Assembly (NCBI RefSeq): GCF_004010195.1
Contig: NC_057750.1
Coordinates: forward strand, 8,399,294-8,463,293
Reading direction: 5' to 3'
Length of the DNA stretch: 64,000 nt
From: Chiloscyllium plagiosum
Lineage: Eukaryota
The notes under the pieces are model-generated. The model was given only the letters and a program-made list of their open reading frames with translations. It did no database searches and was not told the DNA's origin. Shown piece by piece: positions 37,311 to 48,896 of the stretch. The position numbers and the translations under genes are program-made. Numbering within the stretch: position 1 is the stretch's first letter; each line of letters begins with the position of its first letter.

Positions 37311-39288
37311 CTTTTACCTTCACTCAAAATATCTTCAAATGACTTAACTTCAAAGTATGGAAAGCACAGCAGCCAATTTACCGGGGTTACAGTGTGTGGA
37401 TACAGGGAAAGGCTATTTAGGACTGAAATGAGAAAAATCTTCACCCAGAGAATGGTGAGCCTTTAGAGTTCTCTGCCACAGAAAGTACTTAAGGTCGAAA
37501 TATTGCTTGTTTTCATTAAGGAGTTAAATATTATTCTTAAAGCTAAAGGAATGAAAAGATTACAGGGACCATGCAGGGTGCTCTGTTGGATGTTCAACCA
37601 TGATCATATTGAATGGCAGAGCAGACTCAAAGGGCTGAATGGCCTGTTTCTCCTCCTATTTTCTATGTTTGAAGGTATAAATAATGGCCTGGACATCAGG
37701 GAGATCCCTCATCCTTTTCACATTCCCAATAGTGCCATGAGATCTTATACATTTACCTGAGAGGGCATGCAGAACCTCCGTTTGATATTTTCAAATGATG
37801 GCACAGCTCAGCTTGCTGTCAGTATTGCACTGGAATTTCAATCTGGATTTCTGCACTCAAACCCTGGAGTGGGGCTTGAAACCCTGAGCCATAGAGACTC
37901 AGAGGCGAGAGTTCTGTGCATGATCTACAATTGACACATCAAGGTATTGGATGTTACTTGAAAAGGCAAGAAATTTCAGGGTTTTGGAGAAATGCACAGT
38001 ATATAGGGCCGTCTGTTTATTTCTTGTACAATTCCGATGGGCCGAGTGGCATCATTTTGTTCTCAATGGTGATTTTGATTGCTCATATAGTGCCTAAAGT
38101 TTGTAGTGGGGTGGCGGTGTTTAAACTGTCCCTTTAGTCTTGTTAAGTAACAGCATTTGAATGCTGCCTTGGCAGGCTGAATGTGTAACAAGTTTGTTTT
38201 GTGAGAGGGAGACCAAGAGAGACCAGAAAGATCGGTTGCTTTGAATCATAATTCAAACTCAGATTAAGAGTAAAATCATTAAAAGTAATCTCCTTAAAAA
38301 AAAAGGAAGGAATTTAGGTGTTTCTTGCTGTTAATAAATGTATAGAAGTGAATCTCAAGATGCTCTTCAGTCTAGATGGATGAGAGTCATTTGAGAACTG
38401 ACTTGTGATATGAGCTTGTTATAATGAGATTTAGTTAATGTGCTCTGTTTATGGTTCTCTCGCTAACAGGAAAGCTGCATAAAACATTCCAGCAAGAAGG
38501 CATGGCACTTGCTAGGAAGCGTCCGATGCTTTTAACGCTCCACTCTGCACAGCAAAAGTTGTTTATGACTCCCCTAGCTGTCGAGGAAGCACATAAACAC
38601 ACTGGCTCCAAGTCATTACTCATTGAGCAGGTCCCTTGCACAATTGCTAATGATTGTGTTACGGAGAGAAAATCTAAGCAGTAAACACCCCCCTACTCCC
38701 CTGTTTCCTTTGCACGATGCGCTTCCTTCATTGTGTGGCTGAAAAATAATTAACATCGGGTTAACGAGGAACACAGTACTTTTTACGTTTTTACTAGCGA
38801 TGATGCCAAGTCCACAGGGTGCCGTTTCAAGTGTGTAAATTGCCTCTGTGCATTGTGTGAGTGTGTGCACAAGAATCTTGCACAATGACCCACCAATCTT
38901 TGGTTTTCCAATTTGTAAGCCTGGCTCCCTTGAATGCCTTTCAAAGCAACCCATGAAGGTGAGAGTTGTCAACCAGGTTTTGAGGGCCTGTTAACTCTCT
39001 TTCCATTGCCAAATCGATTCATGTGAAGCCAGCAAAGGCTCCCCTTAGTGGTTTGGTGGGTAACTGCATCGCCAGAGGTTATACTGAGCAAATAGGTGAC
39101 CATGGAGCTGAGGTATTTGGGGTGCTGGGAGTCATTTCTAACCAGGAAGCTTGCTGTCGTTTGGTAGTGACTCTAGACAAACACTCGACTTTTTTATTCC
39201 CCTCTGAATTGGCCCAGTAATCCAGAAATAGGGGTAACTTATTGCAGTTATACAAGGCCTTGGTGAGACTGCATCTTGAGTGCAAGGT

Positions 39289-40259
39289 TTGTGAAGATTT
39301 GTAGCTCAGGTTGAGGTTTAGGTGTAGGTTTGCTCGCTGAGCTGTAGGTTTAATATCCAGATGTTTCATTACCTGGCTAGGTAACATCAGTGGCGACCTC
39401 CAAGTGAAGCACAGCTGTTGTCTCCTGCTTTCTATTTATATGTTTGTCCTGGATGGGGTTCCTGGTGATGTCATTTCCTGTTCGTTTTCTGAGGGGTTGA
39501 TAGATGGTATCTAGATCTATGTGTTTGTTTATGGCGTTGTGGTTGGAGTGCCAGGCCTCTAGGAATTCTCTGGCATGCCTTTGCTTAGCTTGTCCCAGGA
39601 TAGATGTGTTGTCCCAGTCGAAATGATGGTTTCTTTCATCCGTGTGTAGGGCTACGAGGGAGAGAGGGTCGTGTCTTTTTGTGTTCGTGTATCCTGGTGG
39701 CTAACTTTCTTCCTGTTTGTCCTACGTAGTGTTTGTGGCAGTCCTTGCATGGAATTTTGTAGACGACATTGGTTTTGTCCATGGGATGTACTGGGTCTTT
39801 TAAGTTTGTTGGTTTTTGTTTGAGAGTGTTGGTGGGTTTGTGTGCTACTAGGATTCCAAGGGGTCTTAGTAGTCTGGCTGTCATTTCTGAAACTTCTTTG
39901 ATGTATGGTAAGGTGGTTAGGGTTTCTGGCTGTGTTTGGTCTGCTTGTCCTGGTTTGTTCTTGAGGAATCTGCAGACTGTATTTTTTGAGTATCCGTTCT
40001 TCTTGAATACGTTGTATAGATGGTTCTCCTCTGTTTTCCGAAGTTAGTCTGTGCTGCAGTGTGATGTGGCTCGTTGGAGTAGTGTTCTGATACAGCTTCA
40101 TTTGTGTGTGTTGGGATGGTTGCTGGTGTAGTTAGGTATTTGGTCAGTATTTGTCGGTTTTCTGTATATGCAGGTTTGTAGTTCTCCGTTGTCCGTTCTT
40201 TCGACTGTGATGTCCAGGAATGCAAGAAACCGACAACAAACTCGCATTCCTGGACATCA
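39289..40259 (-). mobile_element. Poseidon-type Penelope-like element, 5'-truncated (RT thumb, GIY-YIG, terminal repeat)
   Basis: AFLDITVERTDNGELQTCIYRKPTNTD...KNGY...LPYIKEVSEMTARLLRPLGI...NVVYKIPCKDCHKHYVGQTGRKLATRIHEH; decayed hammerhead at 39360-39390 (reverse complement ctgatgttacctagccaggtaatgaaacatc). Confidence 0.92.
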
Positions 40260-40464
40260 GGATATGGGGTGTGCCATTTAGGATTGAGATGAGTAAACAT
40301 TTCTTTACTCAGAAGGTGGTCAACTTATGCAGTTCTCTACCAGAGAAAGCTGTTGAAGATGGTCACTAAGTATATTCAAGAATGGGACAGAAAGGCATCA
40401 GTATGGGAATGTGGCATTAAGGTTAAAGATCAGCGATGATTATACTGAATGGCGAAGCAGGCTC

Positions 40465-40830
40465 ACACTTCAACCCCAGGGCATCAATGTGGATTTCAAC
40501 AGCTTCCTCATTTCCCTTTCCCCCAACTCATCCTAGTTTCTAACCTCCAGCAAAACTGTCCCCTTGACTTGTCCGACCTGCCCAGCTCCTTTTCCACCTA
40601 TCCACTCCACCCTCTCCTCCCTGACCTATCACCTTCATCTCCTCCCCCACTGACCTATTGTACTCTATGCTACTCTATCCCCACCCCCACCCTCCTCTAG
40701 CTTATCTCTCCACGCTTCAGGCTCTCTGCCTTTATTCCTGATGAAGGGCTTTTGCCCGAAACGTCGATTTCGAAGCTCCTCGGATGCTGCCTGAATTGCT
40801 GTGCTCTTCCAGCACCACGAATCCAGAATC
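40465..40830 (+). mobile_element. Neptune-type PLE 3' end inserted into a CR1 tail
   Basis: ORF end TLQPQGINVDFNSFL followed by a terminal repeat matching 4000-4130 and 48735-48896. Confidence 0.88.
40738..40765 (+). ncRNA. Intact minimal hammerhead ribozyme (family 1)
   Basis: ctgatga a gggc tttt gccc gaaa cgtc: full core, perfect stem II, ACGT palindromic stem III, GUC cleavage triplet. Confidence 0.88.
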
Positions 40831-41186
40831 AAAGTTCTGAATGGCCTACTCCTGGTTTCATATGTTTCTAAGCCATGCCTACTAAGAATTCCAGTTTATG
40901 AAGGAATACCCATTGCTATTTTTGACTAGTACCAAGTACCAGCCTTGCCAGCAATATCTATCCCTGAAGGTTGTATTAAACACATGACATCACAGACTGC
41001 ACTGGTGAGATTCTATCTGGAGTGCACTTTGCACAGTATTGGCTCACCTTATTTAAGGAAGAATGTTAATGGGTTGGAAACAGTTTGGAGATATATCAGC
41101 TTAATACCTGGAATGGGCGGGTTGTCTTATGTATTCTTTGGAGTTCAGAAGAGTAAAGGAGTGTCTTGATTGATAAGACCCTGAGG

Positions 41187-41298
41187 GGTAAGTGGGTACT
41201 GCAAATGCTGGAGATTAGAGTCAAGATTAGAGTAGTGCTGGAAAAGCACAGCAGGTCAGGCAGCATCTGAGGAACATGAAAATTGATGTTTCGGGCTT
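41187..41298 (-). mobile_element. PLE terminal-repeat fragment with half a hammerhead, inside a CR1 relic
   Basis: tgctggaaaagcacagcaggtcaggcagcatctgagg...gtttcgggc. Confidence 0.75.
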
Positions 41299-41392
41299 AT
41301 GTTTGGGCTTAAGTTGCCCATTTAAGACAGAGATGAGACATTTTTCTCTCACTGAGCCATTGAGTTTTTGGAACTCATCCTGAAAAGATGGC

Positions 41393-41545
41393 TAAAGTTA
41401 AAAATCACACAACACCAGGTTATAGTCCAACAGGTTTGTTTGGAAGTGCTAGCTTTTGGAGCGCTGCTCCTTCATCCAATGACCTGGTGTTGTGTGATTT
41501 TTAACTTTGTCCACCCCAATCTCTAATACCGACTCTTCCACATCA
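41393..41545. mobile_element. Fold-back PLE terminal-repeat insertion (family 2)
   Basis: Arms aaagttaaaaatcacacaacaccaggt / acctggtgttgtgtgatttttaacttt; truncated minus-strand hammerhead; direct repeat tgaaaagatggc at 41381-41392 and 41546-41557. Confidence 0.85.
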
Positions 41546-42026
41546 TGAAAAGATGGCAGAAGCAGAGTATTTAAATAGATGTAAGGCAGTGGTTGACAGA
41601 TTCTTGATGGTAAAGGGGGTGAAAGGTGATTGGGGTGTTTGCAGAAATGTGGAGTAATCACATTAGACATGATCTTATTGAATGATGCTTGTGAGACCAA
41701 GTGGCCTACATCTCAGAGTTCATATGTCTGTATGAGCTTGGTCCACACTGATATGACTGTTGCAGCTGGGATGGACCACTTTATGCCAGCAAAGGTAACT
41801 ATTCCCTTCTCTCCTGCCTTCTGTTGGTGCCAACTGCTGCCATTGACAGCCACCTGGCATTGCACTCAAGCCTTTACCATTCCCTAAATTTAAAACAAGA
41901 CTTGCTCCTAGCTTCTACTTTCACAATTGTGGGGCAGTGATGATAAAATAGCTCATAACCACTTATGAAGTGCAGTTACCTTTTTTTTATTCTCGGCACC
42001 ACTGTCTAGGCCAGCATTTATTGCCC

Positions 42027-42525
42027 ATGCTGCAGCTCTACAGAGCCCTGGTTAGACCACACTTGGAATATTGTGTTAAGTTCTGGTCGCCTCTCTATAG
42101 GAAGGATGTGGAAGCTTTAGAGAGAGTGCAGAGGAGATTTACCAGGAGGCTGTCTGGACTGGGAGCTAGGGCTTTTCTCATTGGAGTGACTTGATAGAGG
42201 TGTACAAGATGATGAGAGGCATAGAGTGAATAGTCAGAGACTTTTTCCCAGGGCAGAAATGGCTATCACAAGGGGGCATAATTTAAGGTGATTAGAGGAA
42301 AGTTTAGGGGTGATGTCAGAGGTAAGTTCTTTTCACAGAGAGTGGTGGGTGTGTGGAATGCACTAGCAGCGGTGGTAGTAGAGTCAGAAACATTAGGGAC
42401 ATTTAAGCTACACTTGGATAGGCACATGGATGATAGTAAAGTGAGGTTAGTTTGACCTTAGAGTGGGATAAAAGATCAACACAACACCAAGGGCCGAAGG
42501 GCCTGTACTGTGCTGTACTATTCTA
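42027..42525 (+). mobile_element. CR1 3' fragment nested in a minus-strand family-B SINE (~41985-42810)
   Basis: MLQLYRALVRPHLEYCVKFWSP...VQRRFTR; the host tttattgccca|tccctaa is split. Confidence 0.88.
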
Positions 42526-43504
42526 TCCCTAAATGCCTAGAGGACAATTATGAGTCAACCACATTGCTGTGGGTCTTGAGTCACATGTAGGCCAGACCAG
42601 GTAAGGTTGGCACTTTCCTTCTCTAAAGGACATAAGTGAACCAAATGGTGTTTCTGACAACTGACAATGGATTCATGGTCATCATTAGACTCTTAATTCC
42701 AATTAACTTTTCATTGAATTCAAACTCCACCAGAATTCAAACCCGGCTCCCCAGAACATATCTGGGTCTCTGGATTAACAATCTAGTAATAATACTACTA
42801 GGCCATCATCACCCCTATTTGTATTGTAGGGAAAACAGCAGAACAGCAAGCTCCCACAAGTAGCAATGTAGCCATGGCCAAACCATCTTTAGTTTTTTAG
42901 CAGTGTCACTAGAGACGTAGAAATCGACCATGGCAACCAGTGCAAGGGGGAGCTGCTCATTTTTCCCTGGAAAGGGGAAAGCTAATTAGGGTCATTACTC
43001 AATGACTGTCTGTTGGAGCACGCACTTATGAAGTCATTGGGCACAAGGAAACTTGAGTTTGACTCCTTTCGTATGATATCAGCTATTGCCGTCCCAAGTT
43101 ATAACTGCAACAGTGACTTAAGTAACTTTTGAGGCTGGCATCCTATCACCAATAACTGTTTATGTACAAATGCATTGCCTTTGATAATAGCACTGAGTCA
43201 GACATTCAGGGGCTCAATATCCCTATGTCAGCCAGGCTCCCTGATTGGTCCAGATTAACAGCCCCAATTAGGGAACACATATTCTGAGGTCCAGCTGGCT
43301 GACCTCATTATAGTTACTAGAGTGACCATGTGTCTGATTGGCAAGGCTTGGGGGTGTCTTCAGGTGGTGGAAGGTGCCATGTATATGCGAGACTGTCCTT
43401 TAGTTCAGGCAACAGCAAAGCCTTGTGGCTTGAGGATGACTCGGGGTGGCTGTGCCCCTTGGGACATTTGGAGTGCTGGTGAGAAAGGAAGAATTACAAT
43501 GGGA

Positions 43505-43798
43505 TAGAATTACAGAATCCCTACTGTGTGGTAGCAGGCCATTCAGCCCATCCAATCCATACTGACCCAATTAAAAAAGCACTTCCCAGATTCATCCCCC
43601 AACTGTATCCCTGCAACCCCACATTTACTATGTCCAATCCACCTAACCTGCACATCTTTAGATTGTGGGAGAAAACTCTTGCAGACACAGGGAGAATGTG
43701 CAAACTCCACACAGACAGTAGCCTAATGCTGGAATCAAGCCCAGGTCCCTAAGTGCTGTGAGGCAGCAGTGCTTACCACTGAGCAACCATGTCACCCT
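43505..43798 (-). mobile_element. HE1/V-SINE-like SINE
   Basis: Reverse complement of head and core (tgcaaactccacacagacag, gctgtgaggcagcagtgct). Confidence 0.88.
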
Positions 43799-44224
43799 TA
43801 ATGGGTAAACAGACTGAGCAGCTAGCTAATAGTAGGGTTGATGACAATTGTTAACAGAATACGATTGAATGTGATCATGATTTACTCTTAGTAAGCTTTT
43901 ACACAGACTAACGAATAGGTGAGAACATTATTGGTGGATAAAGTGCTTACAAAATCTGGGGAAGGTTGAAACCAAGCATCTGTTTCCAAACCATGTCAAA
44001 TCTCTGGATAGTGTGCAGACATTTTCTAAAAATACCCTCACTTTTTTTCCGCTGGTGGGCGGATGAGGGTGGTGGACAGCATTGTGCCACTTGATTCCTT
44101 ATCCTGAGGATACGAAGCCTGCACAGCAGGAATCTGCGTATTGGGACAGGATTTCCCAGATGAATGACCGATCATCGTGACAAACTGCTGCCTCCACTTT
44201 CAGCACAAATCTGGACAGGCTCTA

Positions 44225-44548
44225 TCCTAGGAGGATGCTCCACAGTTAGAGGCTCCGTCTTTCAGATGGGGTGTTAAACTGGGGTGTTGTCAGCCCTCTA
44301 AGGTAGATCTAAAAGAAGCAGTATTCCAAAGAAAGGCAAGTGTTCTCAGATTTCCTGGGACCTCATTAGCCCCTCAACCAATGTTTTCTTTTTGAAGTAA
44401 AAATCATTTTTTGGAAGTATCCTGTGTGCAAATTGGTTGCTGTGTTTCTGACATGACAGTACTGTGCAAAGTTCTTAATTGACTGGAAGGTGCTTTGGGA
44501 GAACTTTGTAGATTGAGGATGCTATTTAAATGCACATTCTTTCTTTCA
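44225..44548 (+). mobile_element. DeuSINE-like relic; another at ~53755-54137
   Basis: ccgtctttcagatggggtgttaaactgggg...ccctctaaggtagatctaaaag and L2-type tail gctatttaaatgcacattctttc. Confidence 0.6.
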
Positions 44549-44631
44549 GCCTAGCTTCATCTGTGCTGTAACCACCTCAACAGGCTTTCCTGAAATGTGG
44601 AGCTGAAATGCTACAGATGGAGTTTGTTTAC

Positions 44632-45040
44632 CATGGTGGCTCAGTGGTTAGCACTGCTGCCTTACAGTGCCAGGGACCCAAGTTTGATTCCAGCCTCGGG
44701 AGACTGTCTGTGTGGAGTTTGCACGGTTGTCCCAGTGTTTGCTTGGGTTTCCTCCTGCAGTCCACAGATGTGTGGGTTAGGTGGATTGGCAATGCTAAAT
44801 TGCTGTGTCCAGAGATGTGCAGGCCAGATGGGTTAGCCACTGCAAAAAACCCATGTGGGATTAGAATTAGAGTTAGGTTTATTGTCACATGTACGCAAGT
44901 CCAAAAGTACAGTGAAAAGTGTACAATGTTGCCACACACAGCACCAAAGTAACTAATTACAAATCCGAGGCTATGGTTACAGGAATGGGGTGTGGGTCTG
45001 TATGACCTCTTTCTGCACTGTAGGGATTCTGAGTTTCTAT
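44632..45040 (+). mobile_element. HE1/V-SINE-like SINE, with an unrelated insert at ~44860-44965
   Basis: Standard head and core; tail ctgtagggattct. Confidence 0.8.
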
Positions 45041-46391
45041 GTGTAAAATCTGGTTGAACCAGCAGTTGGCTATTTTTCCTTCAATTGCAGGGTCTGCATG
45101 GTAGCTGAACAAACTTTCTAATGTTTGTTGTTTTAATGGCTAATTAGCTGCATGAGAAGCATTAAAAATATCATTACTGCAGGTGTATCATGGGTTGGCT
45201 CAGTTCCATTACCACTAATGGCTCTGCTTTCCCAAGTAATGATTCATTGTGAAGATGTGCAGCCCCCGGGTCCAGGTATGAAAGAATGCAAAAATCTCTC
45301 CAACTGAAATAAAGGGGATGTCTGACTTGAAAACAAGCTCAGAGGCTAAGCTCTCTGTAATTCTTTTGTTTCCCACTGTGTCAATCTCTCTGCGTGGAAC
45401 TGGTTTCCTGAACCAAAATGCATTGGCATAGCATACGCTGAAGCTCCTAGTTGGGATGCGCAAACGAGAGGGATCGTAGCTCAGAGCCCACTCGTGTAAC
45501 AGTCCCTTTCCTAACTCATATGCTCCTGCTCCCAGAGGGAAAATATCCATTATAAAAAAAAACCTAGAAATGAAACCTCAGGTCATGATCCAGTTTTTAA
45601 GTATGCACGATGAATCAGACCAATATGTCTCAATTGCCAGTTTTACTGGGTTTTTTTCCATGTGAGAGGGGCTGGGGAAAGAGGAAACAGTGCTGTGTTG
45701 TAGACCAAACATGAGGAGTAAGAGCAGGAAGAGCCCTTTCAGCCCTTCAAAACTTCACCATTCATCTAGATCATGTCTGATCATCAACATAAGTTACACT
45801 TTGATAAAACATAGGAAATAGGAGCAGGAGTAGGCCATTCACCCCTTTGAGTCTACTGTCCAAATTAATCTGATCATCGGATTCAGTACCCTGTTTCCAT
45901 TTTCTCCCCACATCCTTTGAACCCTTTATCCCTAAGAACAATATCTAACTCCTCCTTGAAAACATTCAGTGATTTGGCCCCAATGATTTTCTGTGGCAGA
46001 GAATTCCACAGGCTCACCACTCTCAGGGTGAAGATATTTATCCTCATCTCACTCCTTAATAGCCTACTTCATATCTTTATCCTCTTTACCCTCCATGATT
46101 CTTGATTCTTTTAGTACCCAAAATGACCTGGCGATCTTAAACACTCTGACTGACCACTGACAGTTCTCTCTGGCAGAGAATTCCAATGACTTCGAATCCT
46201 CTGAGGGATGAAATTTATCCGCATCTCAGTCCTAAATTGCCTTCGCCTTCCATACTTTTTTTATCTATACATTCATCTCTACTCCCAGTTAAGAGTACAT
46301 TGTTGAGAGTGTGGAGTCATATGTAGGCCAGACCGGGTAAGGATAGCAGATTTCTTACCTTAAAGGACATTCGTAAATGAGATGCTATAAA

Positions 46392-47668
46392 TCTACCTAC
46401 AGCACATGGACTGCAGTGGTTCAAGAAAGCAGCTCACCACAACCTTTTCAAGGGCAATAGGGATGGGCAATAAATATTAGTCTAGCTAACGATACCTACA
46501 AAACGTAATTTTATGTGGCTTTGAAGAGATTTCACAGGAGTGCTGTATTCAAATTTAGGCTCCTTAGCAAGGAAAGATGTCATTGCTTTAAATAAGTGCA
46601 ACAAGGGTTGATTCCAAGGATGAGATGGCTGACCCATGAAGTGAGATCAAATAAAATGGGCCTCTACTCTCTCAAGGTTAGGAGATTTAGAGTGGTTATA
46701 GTAAGCTACATACATTTCTTAAGGAGCTTGACAGTGTTGATGTTGCAAGAATGCTTCAGTGGTTTAATGGTCATTGTTAGACTTTTAATACCAGATTTCT
46801 ACTGAATCATATTTCGCCATTTATTATAGGCCCTCAGAACATTACATAGGCTTCTGCTTATTAGCCTAGTGACAATAGACTACCATAAGGACATCACCTC
46901 CCCAATGGCATGGTGGCTCAATGGTTAGCACTGTTGCCTCACAGTGCCAGGGATCCGGGTTCGATTCCAGCCTTGGGCGACTGTCTGTGTGGAGTTTGCA
47001 CATTCTCCCTGTGTCTGCGTGGATTTCCTCCAGGTCCTCTGGTTTCCCCCCACAATCCAAAGATGTGCAGATTAGATGAATTGGCCATGCTAAATTGCCC
47101 ATGGTGTTCAGGGATGTGTAGATTAGGTGCATTAGTCGGGTGTGAATATAGAGTAATAGCGTAGGGGTAAGGTTACTCTTCGGAGGGTCGGTGTGGACTT
47201 GTTTGGGCCAAAGGACCTGTTTCCGCACTGTGGCGATTCTGTGACTCTAAGTCTGAGATTGAGGCCTTGTTCTAGATTTCCCCAGCCAACGAAGCATTCT
47301 TGCAACATCAACACTGTCAAGCTCCTTAAGAAATGTATGTAGCTTAATATAACCACCTCTAAATCTCCTAATCTTGAGAGAGTAGAGGCCCATTTTATTT
47401 GATCTCATTTCATAGGTCAGCCATCTCATTCTTGGAATCAACCCTTGTTGCACTTATTTAAAGCAATGATACCTTTCTTTGCTAAGGAGCCTAAATTTGA
47501 ATACAGCAAATCTCCTGTGCAATCTCATCAAAGCCTCATAAAATTACATTTTTGTGGGATGTAGGTATAGTTAGCTAGACCAATATTTATTGCCCATCCC
47601 TATTGTTCTTGTGTAGGTTGTGGTGAGCTGCTTTCTTGACCCACTGCAGTCCATGTGCTGTAGGTAGA
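46392..47668. repeat. Local inverted duplication with ~370-bp arms (46392-46757 and 47291-47668)
   Basis: Arms are reverse complements; mirrored ORFs MQQGLIPRMRWLT... appear on opposite strands in the ORF track. Confidence 0.93.
46907..47247 (+). mobile_element. HE1/V-SINE-like SINE, full length
   Basis: ggtggctcaatggttagcactgttgcctcacagtgccagggatccgggttcgattcc head, V-core, CR1-like tail. Confidence 0.9.
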
Positions 47669-48734
47669 CCTATAATACCTTTAGGAAGGTAATTCCTGAA
47701 TTTTGATCCAGTGACAATAAAGGAACAGCAATATATTTCCAAGTCAGGATGATGAATGGCACTAAGGAGAATTTGCAAGGGGTGGTTCCCATGCACATGC
47801 TGCCCTTGTCCTTTCAGTTGGTGGAAGTTGGAAGCTACTTTTGAAGGAGACTTGGTGAATCTCTATGGTGCATCTTGTAAATGGTACACACTAGTGCCAC
47901 GGTTTGTCCGTGGGGGAGGGAGTGAATGTTCAACGTGGTGGATTGGGTGCCGATCAAGCGGGCTGCTTTATCTTGGATGGTGTTGAGCTCCTTGGGCAAG
48001 GCTGAACTGTATTCTTGTAGTTGCATTAACATGAAATCCCCAGTACAGCAGTGTGAGCATGAGTTCAACATAAACATAGGAATGTTTGGATATAGGACAT
48101 TGTTATGGGACTGGATAGAATCACAGAGTTGTCAGGATGCAGAAGAATGCCATTTAGCTCATCATGTCTGTACCAGCTTTCTGTATTTTTTGAGAAAGTT
48201 GTGGGGAAAATTTGCAGTGCAGAGCAGAGGGACCATTCTTCTATGTCCAACTTGATCGTGCTTCACCCAGGTTACCCCATTTTAAGCATTTTCCTCCACC
48301 TGATGAACAGAAACTTCCTCCAACCTGGTTTCTGGGTGATTGAAGCCTGTCTTCAGTCCCCACTCTAAAACTTTGCTCCCAGATCACCAATTCCATCCCC
48401 TCCAAGGCCCCAACTGCTCACCATCTTTGGCGTTCATCTCAAATCGAGCTGTTGCTGCTGAGTGCAGGGTTCATCAGGAAAAGAATATATTGACTTTACT
48501 GCAGAAATGTGGAATCATAAAATGATGACACAGTCGGTTTAAAATAGCAAATCATCCCCTTGGTATTTCACAGGTGAATTATGAAAAACACTAAGCCACT
48601 TACAGTTTCTGCAAATACCCACCCCAACCCTCCTTATAGTGAAGTGCAGGTCATTGATGATGTAGCTGAAAATGGCTGGGCCATGGTCACTGCCTTGGCA
48701 GCGTCCTTTCTTCTGAGCCTGGAATCTCGGATTG

Positions 48735-48896
48735 CTATTTTCTCCCCATCCCCACCCTCCTCTAGCTTATCTCTCCACGCTTCAGGCTCTCTGCCTTTAT
48801 TCCTGATGAAGGGCTTTTGCCCGAAACGTCGATTTTGCTGCTCGTCGGATGCTGTCTGAATTGCTGTGCTCTTCCAGCACCACTGATCCAGAATCT
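48735..48896 (+). mobile_element. PLE terminal-repeat (family 1) solo insertion
   Basis: Near-identical to 40670-40830; direct repeat gaatctcggattg at 48722-48734 and 48891-48903. Confidence 0.88.
48803..48830 (+). ncRNA. Intact minimal hammerhead ribozyme (family 1)
   Basis: ctgatgaagggcttttgcccgaaacgtc, identical to 40738-40765. Confidence 0.88.

Noticed and set aside
43130..43320. Possible solo LTR relic
   Set aside because: Only a vague resemblance; no clear TG...CA termini, TSD or second copy in the window.
45215..45550. 111-aa minus ORF in unique sequence (also 34191-34960, 23072-23515, 58729-59124)
   Set aside because: No recognisable domain and no convincing splice context; lengths are compatible with chance.
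46907..46970. tRNA genes at SINE heads
   Set aside because: A/B boxes run straight into SINE bodies; I could not see an acceptor stem or Pol III terminator.
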